64,000 nt of DNA from a virus (Duplodnaviria; Caudoviricetes): positions 1 to 64,000 of the IMG/VR virus record IMGVR_UViG_2718218211_000001, one strand, 5' to 3'. A program made the position numbers and the translations under genes. Below the pieces are notes generated by a model. That model had not been told where the DNA came from and ran no database searches. It saw only the letters and a program-made list of their open reading frames with translations. Positions 1 to 8,884 of the stretch are shown here, in pieces (position 1 is the first letter of the stretch; the number at the start of each line of letters is the position of its first letter).

Positions 1-1521
1 ATGGCACAAGTAATCAACACTAACAGTCTGTCGCTGCTGACCCAGAATAACCTGAACAAATCCCAGTCCGCACTGGGCACCGCTATCGAGCGTCTGTCTT
101 CTGGTCTGCGTATCAACAGCGCGAAAGACGATGCGGCAGGTCAGGCGATTGCTAACCGTTTTACCGCGAACATCAAAGGTCTGACTCAGGCTTCCCGTAA
201 CGCTAACGACGGTATCTCCATTGCGCAGACCACTGAAGGCGCGCTGAACGAAATCAACAACAACCTGCAGCGTGTGCGTGAACTGGCGGTTCAGTCTGCT
301 AACAGCACTAACTCCCAGTCTGACCTCGACTCTATCCAGGCTGAAATTACCCAGCGTCTGAACGAAATCGACCGTGTATCCGGCCAGACTCAGTTCAACG
401 GCGTGAAAGTCCTGGCGCAGGACAACACCCTGACCATCCAGGTTGGTGCCAACGACGGTGAAACTATCGATATCGATCTGAAGCAGATCAACTCTCAGAC
501 CCTGGGTCTGGACTCACTGAACGTGCAGAAAGCGTATGATGTGAAAGATACAGCAGTAACAACGAAAGCTTATGCCAATAATGGTACTACACTGGATGTA
601 TCGGGTCTTGATGATGCAGCTATTAAAGCGGCTACGGGTGGTACGAATGGTACGGCTTCTGTAACCGGTGGTGCGGTTAAATTTGACGCAGATAATAACA
701 AGTACTTTGTTACTATTGGTGGCTTTACTGGTGCTGATGCCGCCAAAAATGGCGATTATGAAGTTAACGTTGCTACTGACGGTACAGTAACCCTTGCGGC
801 TGGCGCAACTAAAACCACAATGCCTGCTGGTGCGACAACTAAAACAGAAGTACAGGAGTTAAAAGATACACCGGCAGTTGTTTCAGCAGATGCTAAAAAT
901 GCCTTAATTGCTGGCGGCGTTGACGCTACCGATGCTAATGGCGCTGAGTTGGTCAAAATGTCTTATACCGATAAAAATGGTAAGACAATTGAAGGCGGTT
1001 ATGCGCTTAAAGCTGGCGATAAGTATTACGCCGCAGATTACGATGAAGCGACAGGAGCAATTAAAGCTAAAACCACAAGTTATACTGCTGCTGACGGCAC
1101 TACCAAAACAGCGGCTAACCAACTGGGTGGCGTAGACGGTAAAACCGAAGTCGTTACTATCGACGGTAAAACCTACAATGCCAGCAAAGCCGCTGGTCAT
1201 GATTTCAAAGCACAACCAGAGCTGGCGGAAGCAGCCGCTAAAACCACCGAAAACCCGCTGCAGAAAATTGATGCCGCGCTGGCGCAGGTGGATGCGCTGC
1301 GCTCTGATCTGGGTGCGGTACAAAACCGTTTCAACTCTGCTATCACCAACCTGGGCAATACCGTAAACAACCTGTCTGAAGCGCGTAGCCGTATCGAAGA
1401 TTCCGACTACGCGACCGAAGTTTCCAACATGTCTCGCGCGCAGATTCTGCAGCAGGCCGGTACTTCCGTTCTGGCGCAGGCTAACCAGGTCCCGCAGAAC
1501 GTGCTGTCTCTGTTACGTTAA
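1..1521 (+). CDS. fljB: Phase-2 flagellin FljB (resembles the 1,2 type)
   Basis: Conserved flagellin termini MAQVINTNSLSLL and QNVLSLLR; 506 aa; directly upstream of fljA. Confidence 0.97.
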   Translation: MAQVINTNSLSLLTQNNLNKSQSALGTAIERLSSGLRINSAKDDAAGQAIANRFTANIKGLTQASRNANDGISIAQTTEGALNEINNNLQRVRELAVQSANSTNSQSDLDSIQAEITQRLNEIDRVSGQTQFNGVKVLAQDNTLTIQVGANDGETIDIDLKQINSQTLGLDSLNVQKAYDVKDTAVTTKAYANNGTTLDVSGLDDAAIKAATGGTNGTASVTGGAVKFDADNNKYFVTIGGFTGADAAKNGDYEVNVATDGTVTLAAGATKTTMPAGATTKTEVQELKDTPAVVSADAKNALIAGGVDATDANGAELVKMSYTDKNGKTIEGGYALKAGDKYYAADYDEATGAIKAKTTSYTAADGTTKTAANQLGGVDGKTEVVTIDGKTYNASKAAGHDFKAQPELAEAAAKTTENPLQKIDAALAQVDALRSDLGAVQNRFNSAITNLGNTVNNLSEARSRIEDSDYATEVSNMSRAQILQQAGTSVLAQANQVPQNVLSLLR

Positions 1522-1538
1522 TTTATTTCGTTTTATTC

Positions 1539-1562
1539 AGCCCCGTGAATTCGGGGCTTTTT
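1539..1562 (+). terminator. Intrinsic terminator between fljB and fljA
   Basis: AGCCCCG-tgaatt-CGGGGCT followed by a T run. Confidence 0.85.
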
Positions 1563-1588
1563 CATTTAGCATAGATGAATATATATTT

Positions 1589-2128
1589 ATGGAATGTATG
1601 GCTGTAAATGATATTTCCTACGGGCGAGAGGCTGAAATATGGCCGCGGGATTATTCTATGCTTGCTCGTCGAGTTCAATTTCTACGTTTTAATGATATCC
1701 CTGTTCGATTGGTGAGTAATAATGCCCGGATAATCATAGGCTACATTGCGAAGTTTAATCCGAGGGAAAATTTGATTCTGGCTTCGGATAAACCTAAAGG
1801 AAATAAGCGCATTGAAGTTAAATTAGAGTCTCTGGCAATTCTTGAAGAATTATCAGGTAATGACGCTTTTAATCTTTCGCTGATGCCGACTGACGAATTT
1901 AATCTTCAGCAATATACTCCATCGAGAAGAGATTATTTCTCGATTTGCAATAAGTGCTATAAACAGGGAGTCGGTATCAAAATCTATATGAAGTATGGAC
2001 AGGTTTTGACTGGCAAAACGACAGGCGTAAATGCGTGTCAGGTTGGTGTGAGGACATCCAATGGCAATCATATGCAAGTTATGTTTGACTGGGTGAGCAG
2101 GATCACGTCTTCGGACTACGCTGAATAA
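1589..2128 (+). CDS. fljA: Phase-1 flagellin repressor FljA
   Basis: 179 aa MECMAVNDISYGREAEIWPRDY..., canonical position after fljB. Confidence 0.95.
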   Translation: MECMAVNDISYGREAEIWPRDYSMLARRVQFLRFNDIPVRLVSNNARIIIGYIAKFNPRENLILASDKPKGNKRIEVKLESLAILEELSGNDAFNLSLMPTDEFNLQQYTPSRRDYFSICNKCYKQGVGIKIYMKYGQVLTGKTTGVNACQVGVRTSNGNHMQVMFDWVSRITSSDYAE

Positions 2129-2159
2129 CGCCTACGGTAATAAAAAATTCCGTGAGAAA

Positions 2160-2390
2160 ATATTGCTCCTGGAGGAACAGAGACCATTCGACAGCGCATA
2201 GATAGTTTCGCCGCTGCTCGTGCCACTACGGCCAGGACGCTTAAAGCAGCTGACAGAAAAGAATTGATCATTAAAGCTTCGCAAAGAAGGTCTGCTGAAT
2301 CTTCGCAAATCTATGGATACCGTAGCCCAACATCCTGGCGTCTCACGGGCAACTGCTTATCTTTATGCTCGACAGTCTGACTGCGAGCTT
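2160..2390 (+). pseudogene. Frameshifted C-terminal remnant of a YheO/DauR-like HTH regulator
   Basis: Joined frames read ...RKELIIK/LRKEGLLNLRKSMDTVAQHPGVSRATAYLY, an HTH_22-like motif; no N-terminus. Confidence 0.55.
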
Positions 2391-2652
2391 TGCCCCAGCC
2401 AGGCAGGACTCTCAGTGAGTGTTCTATTTTCTTTGACTCTCGTATTCCAATTCTTTCAGGAGTTATTGGTGAGACTTTTGGCGTTTTGCCCTGTCACCCA
2501 TCGCGCAGCCGCTTTACCCACCGCGTCATTTGACTCCAGTGTCCGTAAGGTTCTCTGCAATCCTCACCAGGCGGCAATGGACGTAAAAAAGCCCGCAGAG
2601 CTTGTGCTATACGGGCTTAGTAGACTTTACTGAACTTCAGTACATCAATATT

Positions 2653-2687
2653 TGGTGGAGCTGGCGGGAGTTGAACCAGCGTCCGAA
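2653..2687 (-). repeat. Displaced ssrA (tmRNA) 3' fragment; left att of the lambdoid prophage
   Basis: TGGTGGAGCTGGCGGGAGTTGAACCaGCGTCCGAA is the reverse complement of the tmRNA 3' end, with one mismatch (2678) to the copy at 44589. Confidence 0.9.
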
Positions 2688-2696
2688 ACAATCTAA

Positions 2697-3536
2697 CTAT
2701 TTGTTTTTATTGTAATCGTGTTCATTTATAAAATCTGCGTAGCTTTTGCGTATCCTTTGTAGTCCTAACTTAGACCCGGAATGAACACGAGTGAATTCGA
2801 TTCTGAATGTTGATCTTGGACCGTTCTCGCTTTTACTCTGATAGCTTATCAATTGTATGGTGCAATTAAAGATGATTTTATTTCTATTTCCAGAGATATC
2901 CTCATATTTTAGATGTAGTTGGCCTGCATCTAATACATCAAATATTGTGCTATCAGATGTTCTTTTAGAATATAGGTATTCAGTCAACAATAACATTATC
3001 AGTGTAGGGAACTCAATTTTTGAAGGGGAACTCTCTTGAGTAACTGGCATAATATATTCAAGTTCACAATGTTCCTTTTTTATTCCATAATGATTTAATT
3101 TTTGATTTTTAATAAACTTATAATACTCATAACTCGAATTTTCGTCATTGGAGTAGTGATAGTGTTTATCCCATTCATTTTCCATTATTTTTGATGGTGA
3201 GAATACAGGGTCTTCACCTATTTCTCTAAATCCACATTGTTTAATATACTTCTTGTAGTCAAATGACCAATTGTATTTTATATTTAAAGCGGTCCCTAAT
3301 CCTACGTTTTTTATTATAATTGGAATGTCAAAATAAAAATTATTTTCTTCAATTTTTAGTGCGAATGTGTTACTTAGGGAGTGAATGGCTTTTACTTCCT
3401 GATTGTTAATGATGAGCTGCGGTTTTGTCGAAATCGTTCTTTGTAACATGGTTTGTTTTACAGCAAAGAACGCTGCAATAGCTGAAGCTGTTGTAGCAAA
3501 AAATCCACCTATGGTAACCCAGCTTTCTGCCGCCAT
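2697..3536 (-). CDS. AT-rich moron protein with an N-terminal TM helix, function unknown
   Basis: ORF between int and att; hydrophobic WVTIGGFFATTASAIAAFFAV; likely ATG at 3536 after GAGG. Confidence 0.75.
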   Translation of the reverse strand: MAAESWVTIGGFFATTASAIAAFFAVKQTMLQRTISTKPQLIINNQEVKAIHSLSNTFALKIEENNFYFDIPIIIKNVGLGTALNIKYNWSFDYKKYIKQCGFREIGEDPVFSPSKIMENEWDKHYHYSNDENSSYEYYKFIKNQKLNHYGIKKEHCELEYIMPVTQESSPSKIEFPTLIMLLLTEYLYSKRTSDSTIFDVLDAGQLHLKYEDISGNRNKIIFNCTIQLISYQSKSENGPRSTFRIEFTRVHSGSKLGLQRIRKSYADFINEHDYNKNK

Positions 3537-3576
3537 TTTAACAATCCTCACTCTATAGGAAAGTGAGGATTATCTT

Positions 3577-4752
3577 TTAAATACTCTTTTTATTCAACAC
3601 GTTGATGGATGTTGAGTTGTCATATTCTTTCAGGTAACGTCCATAATGTCGGAATAGCATTTCCGGTCCTTTATGGCCCATTTGGGTTGCTAACCAGAAT
3701 AGATTGGCACCACGGCTAATATGGCTGGTGGCGAATGTATGCCTTGTCTGATATGGGTTACGGTAGCGGATGCCTGCTTTTCGTAAAGTTGGCACCCATG
3801 CTTTTTTTCTTATCGCATCAGCACTAGCCCACGGTTTATTAATTTTTGGGTCTTCGAAGATTGTTTCATCTTTCATGAAAGTGAATAGTTTCTGGCTGGC
3901 TAAAGCTGCTAATGCTTCTTCAGTCAGCTCAACTTTCCTAGTACCGGCTTTTGTTTTTGTTCCTTTGATGATGCCAACTACACTGGCGTTTTGAACGTGT
4001 GCTGTTTTCCCTACAAAGTCGATATCACGCCAACGAAGAGCACACAGTTCAGAACTACGCAGCCCGGTTTGTATTGCGAACCTGAAAAGATTCTCCCACT
4101 GCTTATTGCCAGCAGCAGAGAGCAAAGCCTCTACTTCTGCTGGTGATAGCGGATCAACCACATAACTACTTTCTGCCTCTGATTTATCACTTTGGTACCG
4201 TGAGGCTGTTACCAGTGATACAGGGTTAATCTGAAGCACACCATCCGTCACCGCTTCATCCAAAGCCGAACGTAGGAAGGAAAGTTGGTTTCGGATAGTC
4301 TTCAATGTTGTTTTCTGGCTCTGGATCCATGTCTTCAATGCGGCCGGCGTCAACTCACTTGCGGGAAAAATATGAAGTGATGACAGCGCGCTTAGGCATT
4401 TCTTATATCCACCAATTGTTGAAGGGGATAGTTTCCTCGTTTCGCATATCACCAGATACTCGTCCAGGTACATCTTCACTGTTTTACCTGTGGCAGCGTT
4501 GCCGAAAATTTTTAACCGGGTAGAACGGGGAAAGTATTCCGCATAAACAAATGTTCCCCTTTCGATCTTGTTGTGGATTTCGCCGAGTGTGCGCTCGGCG
4601 TATTTGATGTTTTTAGGGGTTACGTCCAGATTAGAAAGGGGCTCACGGCATTTAACCCCTTTATAAGTGAAAGTAATATTGATGGTTTCGCCGTTGCGGT
4701 GTTTCCTGATGGTTACGCCGCGCGGGAGCTTAGGCGATTCTGTCGTGCCCAT
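3577..4752 (-). CDS. int: Tyrosine integrase with arm-binding N-domain
   Basis: TGLRSSEL, YQTRHTFA, QMGH...FRHY catalytic motifs. Confidence 0.95.
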   Translation of the reverse strand: MGTTESPKLPRGVTIRKHRNGETINITFTYKGVKCREPLSNLDVTPKNIKYAERTLGEIHNKIERGTFVYAEYFPRSTRLKIFGNAATGKTVKMYLDEYLVICETRKLSPSTIGGYKKCLSALSSLHIFPASELTPAALKTWIQSQKTTLKTIRNQLSFLRSALDEAVTDGVLQINPVSLVTASRYQSDKSEAESSYVVDPLSPAEVEALLSAAGNKQWENLFRFAIQTGLRSSELCALRWRDIDFVGKTAHVQNASVVGIIKGTKTKAGTRKVELTEEALAALASQKLFTFMKDETIFEDPKINKPWASADAIRKKAWVPTLRKAGIRYRNPYQTRHTFATSHISRGANLFWLATQMGHKGPEMLFRHYGRYLKEYDNSTSINVLNKKSI

Positions 4753-4919
4753 TTTGCAACCTCACTAAGATCAATCCATCTTTCCTTAACGCCGTCGACC
4801 TTTAGCACCTGAACCCCTTCACGCCATACTCCACGTTGCACACGTTTGTTGATGGCATCCGGGGTTTCGCCAGTCTCTTTGCAATAAGTTGAGATGGGAA
4901 CACAATCGAGGCTCAGCAT
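4713..4919 (-). CDS. Excisionase
   Basis: Small basic wHTH-like ORF (MLSLDCVPISTYC...) overlapping the int start. Confidence 0.75.
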   Translation of the reverse strand: MLSLDCVPISTYCKETGETPDAINKRVQRGVWREGVQVLKVDGVKERWIDLSEVAKWARQNRLSSRAA

Positions 4920-4957
4920 ATATTTCTCCATTACCCCGGCTGCACCCGGGGAAAATT

Positions 4958-5527
4958 TTAGCTGTTGCTGGTGGTTGGGATTAGTTTCTGCCAAATCGCT
5001 GAAACATATTTCGCTTGGTGGCGGGCATCAGCCAGCGCGTTATGTGCTATCCCATCAAATGGCATATCACGCTTAGGATCGAAACCTACAACTCTGCCTA
5101 ATGTGACGATGGTTCTGACGTCGTGATCATTCCAAAATTGCCACGGGCAAACCTGGCCGGCACGCTCATATGCTCCGCGCAATATAACGTTGTCGAAAGT
5201 AGCTCCATTGCCCCAAACTTTTAAATATTTTGGGTTATCAGAATGCTGATTAATGAAATAGCTCAGTTCAGATAGTGCAGACGATATCGGCATCGCATCA
5301 TCAACACAGATTGCTGATCGTGCTTCTGAGCTTTGTCTTAACCACCAAAGAATAGTGTCACCATCCGGCACTGCTCCCTGCTCCATAGCACTTTCAAGGT
5401 TAACGGCGGTGTAAAACTCCTGACCAAGATCACCGCTTTGCGGATCGAAGAATACGGCACCAATGGAGACAATAGGGGCATTCGGTTTTTTGCCCATGGA
5501 TTCAAGGTCGATCATTAAATTATTCAC
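4958..5527 (-). CDS. DEDDh 3'-5' exonuclease (Rv2179c-like)
   Basis: MIDLES, WGNGATFD, HNALADA motifs. Confidence 0.85.
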   Translation of the reverse strand: MNNLMIDLESMGKKPNAPIVSIGAVFFDPQSGDLGQEFYTAVNLESAMEQGAVPDGDTILWWLRQSSEARSAICVDDAMPISSALSELSYFINQHSDNPKYLKVWGNGATFDNVILRGAYERAGQVCPWQFWNDHDVRTIVTLGRVVGFDPKRDMPFDGIAHNALADARHQAKYVSAIWQKLIPTTSNS

Positions 5528-5528
5528 G

Positions 5529-5969
5529 TTAAATATTCTCCTGTTTTGGTGCTGCTTTAAGCATTGCAGTGCGGCAGGCGTTCCATCCCTTGACTTCAGC
5601 GATTGCAGCTACAGCGTCTATCGCATGCATTTTCGACGCTTCTGGCATCGGCTTTTCATCCGGCACTACTGCCGCTGGCTGCGGGGAGGCCCAGAGCTTA
5701 TTGACGCCATCCGGCAGATTATTAAAATCAAACGTACTGCCCGGGATCCTGCCAGCTTGAATCCAGTCGTCTCCGTCAACCTCGATGAAAAATACTGGCT
5801 CTGCGTTCCTCGATGCTAGCACCTCATCAATCACATTCAACATATCAGCGAGAATGTAAGCTCTGTTCCCGCCGTTTGAGTATTGGGTATCATGCTGCAG
5901 GTGGTCGCGTATTTGGTACAGGCGAGCGACTGATACAGGACCGTGCGCCGGGTGGTTGTTAGTTGTCAT
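5529..5969 (-). CDS. Phage early hypothetical protein (Eaa-like)
   Basis: Coupled ORF with GWNACRTAML motif typical of lambdoid ea-region proteins. Confidence 0.65.
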   Translation of the reverse strand: MTTNNHPAHGPVSVARLYQIRDHLQHDTQYSNGGNRAYILADMLNVIDEVLASRNAEPVFFIEVDGDDWIQAGRIPGSTFDFNNLPDGVNKLWASPQPAAVVPDEKPMPEASKMHAIDAVAAIAEVKGWNACRTAMLKAAPKQENI

Positions 5970-5972
5970 GAG

Positions 5973-6449
5973 TTAGTCCTTCACAAAAATAATCCAGTGG
6001 GTTTTGTCGTTCTTCCCGGTACGTTGACCAATTGCAGGTTTTACATCTGTAAGAGCCAGAATCTGGCTAACCGGGATCTGCGTCTCGTTCCACTTGAAGA
6101 TGAGTACACCGTGTGGCCACAACACGCGGAATGCCTCTTTGAATCCGGCGCGTAAATCTGTACGCCACGTTTTTTTGTTCAATCGCCCGTACTTTTTACC
6201 CATCCAGGCAGACTGGCCCACGCGTTCCAGGTGCGGCGGATCAAACACCACAACCGGAAAAGAAGAATCAGCGAACGGCAGTGAACGAAAGTCGGCAATC
6301 AGGTCTGGACTGATAACTAGGCGGCGACCGTCGCACAGTTCGTGCTCTTCGGCGCGGATATCAGTGAACACGGCGCGGGTGTCCTGCTTGTTGAACCAGA
6401 ACATGCGGGAGCCACAACACACATCTAAAATTGTTTGCTCTGCCATCAT
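5973..6449 (-). CDS. Phage SAM-dependent methyltransferase
   Basis: ILDVCCGSRMFW and VVFDPPH motifs. Confidence 0.85.
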   Translation of the reverse strand: MMAEQTILDVCCGSRMFWFNKQDTRAVFTDIRAEEHELCDGRRLVISPDLIADFRSLPFADSSFPVVVFDPPHLERVGQSAWMGKKYGRLNKKTWRTDLRAGFKEAFRVLWPHGVLIFKWNETQIPVSQILALTDVKPAIGQRTGKNDKTHWIIFVKD

Positions 6450-6760
6450 TCCTCCATCACGCCAATGCCAGCGGCGCGGATTTCGTGAATAGCGTTGTCA
6501 TTACCGGCACACCATCCCTCGGCATAATCCCGGCTGAATCCGCTCATGTGCATGACTTCGCCAACACTGCGTTTTGGCAAATTGACTGCCCGCGCCTCAA
6601 GTTCAGCTTTCTGAGATTGCAACTCTGCGACCCCCACATTCACAATATCGCTGGCTTTTCCCACTACATTCATCAGTTCATTCATTGCAGCCAGTTTTGA
6701 TTGCAATAATGCGCATTTTTTCTCTAATTCTTCGTAAGTTGGTTTTCCAATGGCGGTCAT
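6446..6760 (-). CDS. Phage hypothetical protein (Ead/Ea22-like)
   Basis: Coiled coil plus ...AIHEIRAAGI C-terminus; overlapping start/stop coupling. Confidence 0.6.
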   Translation of the reverse strand: MTAIGKPTYEELEKKCALLQSKLAAMNELMNVVGKASDIVNVGVAELQSQKAELEARAVNLPKRSVGEVMHMSGFSRDYAEGWCAGNDNAIHEIRAAGIGVMEE

Positions 6761-6924
6761 GGCGTTTTACCTTTACGTTCCTGTTCCAGTTGCACCAGAG
6801 ACTCTTTTAATGCTGCGAACGTAGCGTCCAGTCTGGTGGCGACTTCGCGCATAAGCGGTGCATGCTTTGGTGGCAATTCAGCAACGGAGGCAAAAGCCTC
6901 CGCTACGAGTTCTTTTACCTTCAT
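6757..6924 (-). CDS. Small hypothetical protein, 55 aa (absent from ORF track)
   Basis: MKVKELVAEAF...KGKTP with ATGA overlaps at both ends. Confidence 0.6.
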   Translation of the reverse strand: MKVKELVAEAFASVAELPPKHAPLMREVATRLDATFAALKESLVQLEQERKGKTP

Positions 6925-7460
6925 GCGGCGCATTGGCGCAGCTCCACCAGTTCGTTAAAGCGATTCATGAACAGGCCATAGGCTTGGCCAGGACGGAGAG
7001 GGATAACCTGAACGAGATCAGAGCAGGGAATACCTTCGAGAATTTCCCACTTCGATCCGTCATCGATTTCCAGATCACGGCGCTCGGTAGCTAACATGGT
7101 TAGATCGGCATATTTCACGACGGTAGCTTGCTCAAGCTTGATACCGAATTTAAAGCGGATAAGACCATCAATATAAGTTTCCATGCGCTGGTAGTCAGGC
7201 AGTAAGGCTTTAAGCGGGGCAGGAATATCCTGGCAATATGCCTCAGCAGCGTCGTGCATCAGCGCTTCAAAGGCGAACTCTGGCGGCACAATCTGGCTTA
7301 CAAGCACAGAGTGCTGAGCCACGCTATAGAACTCTGGCAGATGCCCAGCGAATCGACAGATGTTGGAAAGAGCAGTCGCGATATCCTCAATATCGATATC
7401 GTCGATTGTGGCGGTCAGGTAGTTAAATTTTTTACCGGATAATGTTTGAATGTAGCTCAT
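6921..7460 (-). CDS. YfdR-like HD-family 5'-deoxynucleotidase
   Basis: CRFAGH, YSVAQHS, LMHDAAEAY motifs. Confidence 0.85.
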   Translation of the reverse strand: MSYIQTLSGKKFNYLTATIDDIDIEDIATALSNICRFAGHLPEFYSVAQHSVLVSQIVPPEFAFEALMHDAAEAYCQDIPAPLKALLPDYQRMETYIDGLIRFKFGIKLEQATVVKYADLTMLATERRDLEIDDGSKWEILEGIPCSDLVQVIPLRPGQAYGLFMNRFNELVELRQCAA

Positions 7461-7588
7461 GGTTTTCTCCATATTGGCGCGCTGCACCGCGCAGATTTTG
7501 GTTGCACGAATCCCTCGCCGGGTGGCGATAATTAATGGAATTACGCTTCAATAAATCCCCGCGGCGCCGGGGATTTAATGCAGAGCAA

Positions 7589-8416
7589 TTAGGCTTTAAA
7601 GTTACCGATGAACGTTTCCACTGATTCACCGTCGAACTTGCTGATCAGCAAATCGCGGAATTCGTTGGCGATCGCTTCTTCCTGTGCTTCCAGTTGGACG
7701 ATGCGCAGAACAAAGCAGGGTTCATCGCTGGTCAGCAGGCTATTACGCAAGCTAAAGCGGCGTTCACCTAAACCTTCATACGGCACACATTTGAACTCGA
7801 ACGCTACTGGCATTACGTCTTTGCTGCTGGCTTCAATGCTCTGCATTAGCGATTTTTTGCCGCTGAAATCGCTGTCTTCATGATCATGCTGGGTTGCCTG
7901 CTGGATAGTGATACGACGAACGGCCTGGGCGGCTTGTGAAATCTGCATCGTGCTGCCTTCAGCGTCGAACGCTAACAGGTAATCGCTCCAGTCTTCCAAC
8001 CACTCGGCGATCTGTTTTTGTTTCAGGCGTTCACCGTTGATCTGCAGAAGGGCACGAAATGGTGCGGTCTGTTTTAGGGTGATGGATGCAACATTATCCG
8101 CATGACCGGGATTATCGAGTGTACCAATGTTGAAAACTGAACGGGCTGTCATATGGTCAGCATCGATAAAGCAGCGTGCTTTTTCAGTGGCGCTGGCATA
8201 GCCTTTTGAATAACGAGAAAAATCTTCAATGCTGGTGGTGGTCATGGCGCCGCGGAAGCGGAAACGCTCCAGAGAAAAGCGCTCAAGGCTTTCAACGCTA
8301 GTACCATCTGGCAGCAATGCGGTCGGGCAAGCCAGGCCATGAATATCATTCAGGTGATAACCGGAAAGAACCAGGTCTTTGACCTGCTTGAAGGTACCGC
8401 TGTCTAACTGAGACAT
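7589..8416 (-). CDS. YfdQ-like protein (DUF2303)
   Basis: RFRFRG and FKCVPYEGL motifs; yfdPQR synteny. Confidence 0.8.
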   Translation of the reverse strand: MSQLDSGTFKQVKDLVLSGYHLNDIHGLACPTALLPDGTSVESLERFSLERFRFRGAMTTTSIEDFSRYSKGYASATEKARCFIDADHMTARSVFNIGTLDNPGHADNVASITLKQTAPFRALLQINGERLKQKQIAEWLEDWSDYLLAFDAEGSTMQISQAAQAVRRITIQQATQHDHEDSDFSGKKSLMQSIEASSKDVMPVAFEFKCVPYEGLGERRFSLRNSLLTSDEPCFVLRIVQLEAQEEAIANEFRDLLISKFDGESVETFIGNFKA

Positions 8417-8472
8417 AGAAATTCCTTATTAACTGATGATCGAAGTGGTATCAGTGAGTTTGTTGTTGCGGA

Positions 8473-8844
8473 TCACTGAGCCGCTTTAAGCTTTCCATCC
8501 ACCGCGCCGGTGATGCCGAACAACTGACCCTGATCTTCCTGCAGGATGGTGAGCTTCCCGCCTTTGTTGACCCACATTGGTGTTTCAGTGGTGTCTTCTT
8601 CGGAGACTTTTCCGCGTGGAGTTGGCGTGTTGTATTTCAGCTTGTGCTTGATCTTGACGCGTTTCTCTTCAACAGAGTTACCCATGCGCTCAAAGTCAAA
8701 GATGATAGCTACCTGGCCTTTGTTACCGTTATTCAGAACGCCTAGCTCGGTGGTATTAAGCGCTCCTGCGATTTTGTTCATGAACACACCGGCATCCAGT
8801 TCGCTCAGGAAGTCGGGCACTACGGTCGTGCGGTCATTACTCAT
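8473..8844 (-). CDS. YfdP-like protein
   Basis: PTPRGKVSEEDTTETPMWVNKGG motif; first gene of the left operon. Confidence 0.75.
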   Translation of the reverse strand: MSNDRTTVVPDFLSELDAGVFMNKIAGALNTTELGVLNNGNKGQVAIIFDFERMGNSVEEKRVKIKHKLKYNTPTPRGKVSEEDTTETPMWVNKGGKLTILQEDQGQLFGITGAVDGKLKAAQ

Positions 8845-8884
8845 AGTTTTACCCTCGTTAAGGCGACTGCAATCGCCGGATTTT

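Noticed and set aside
2313-2633. 106-aa ORF after fljA
   Set aside because: Only the first ~22 codons match an HTH remnant; the rest is read-through of non-coding DNA.
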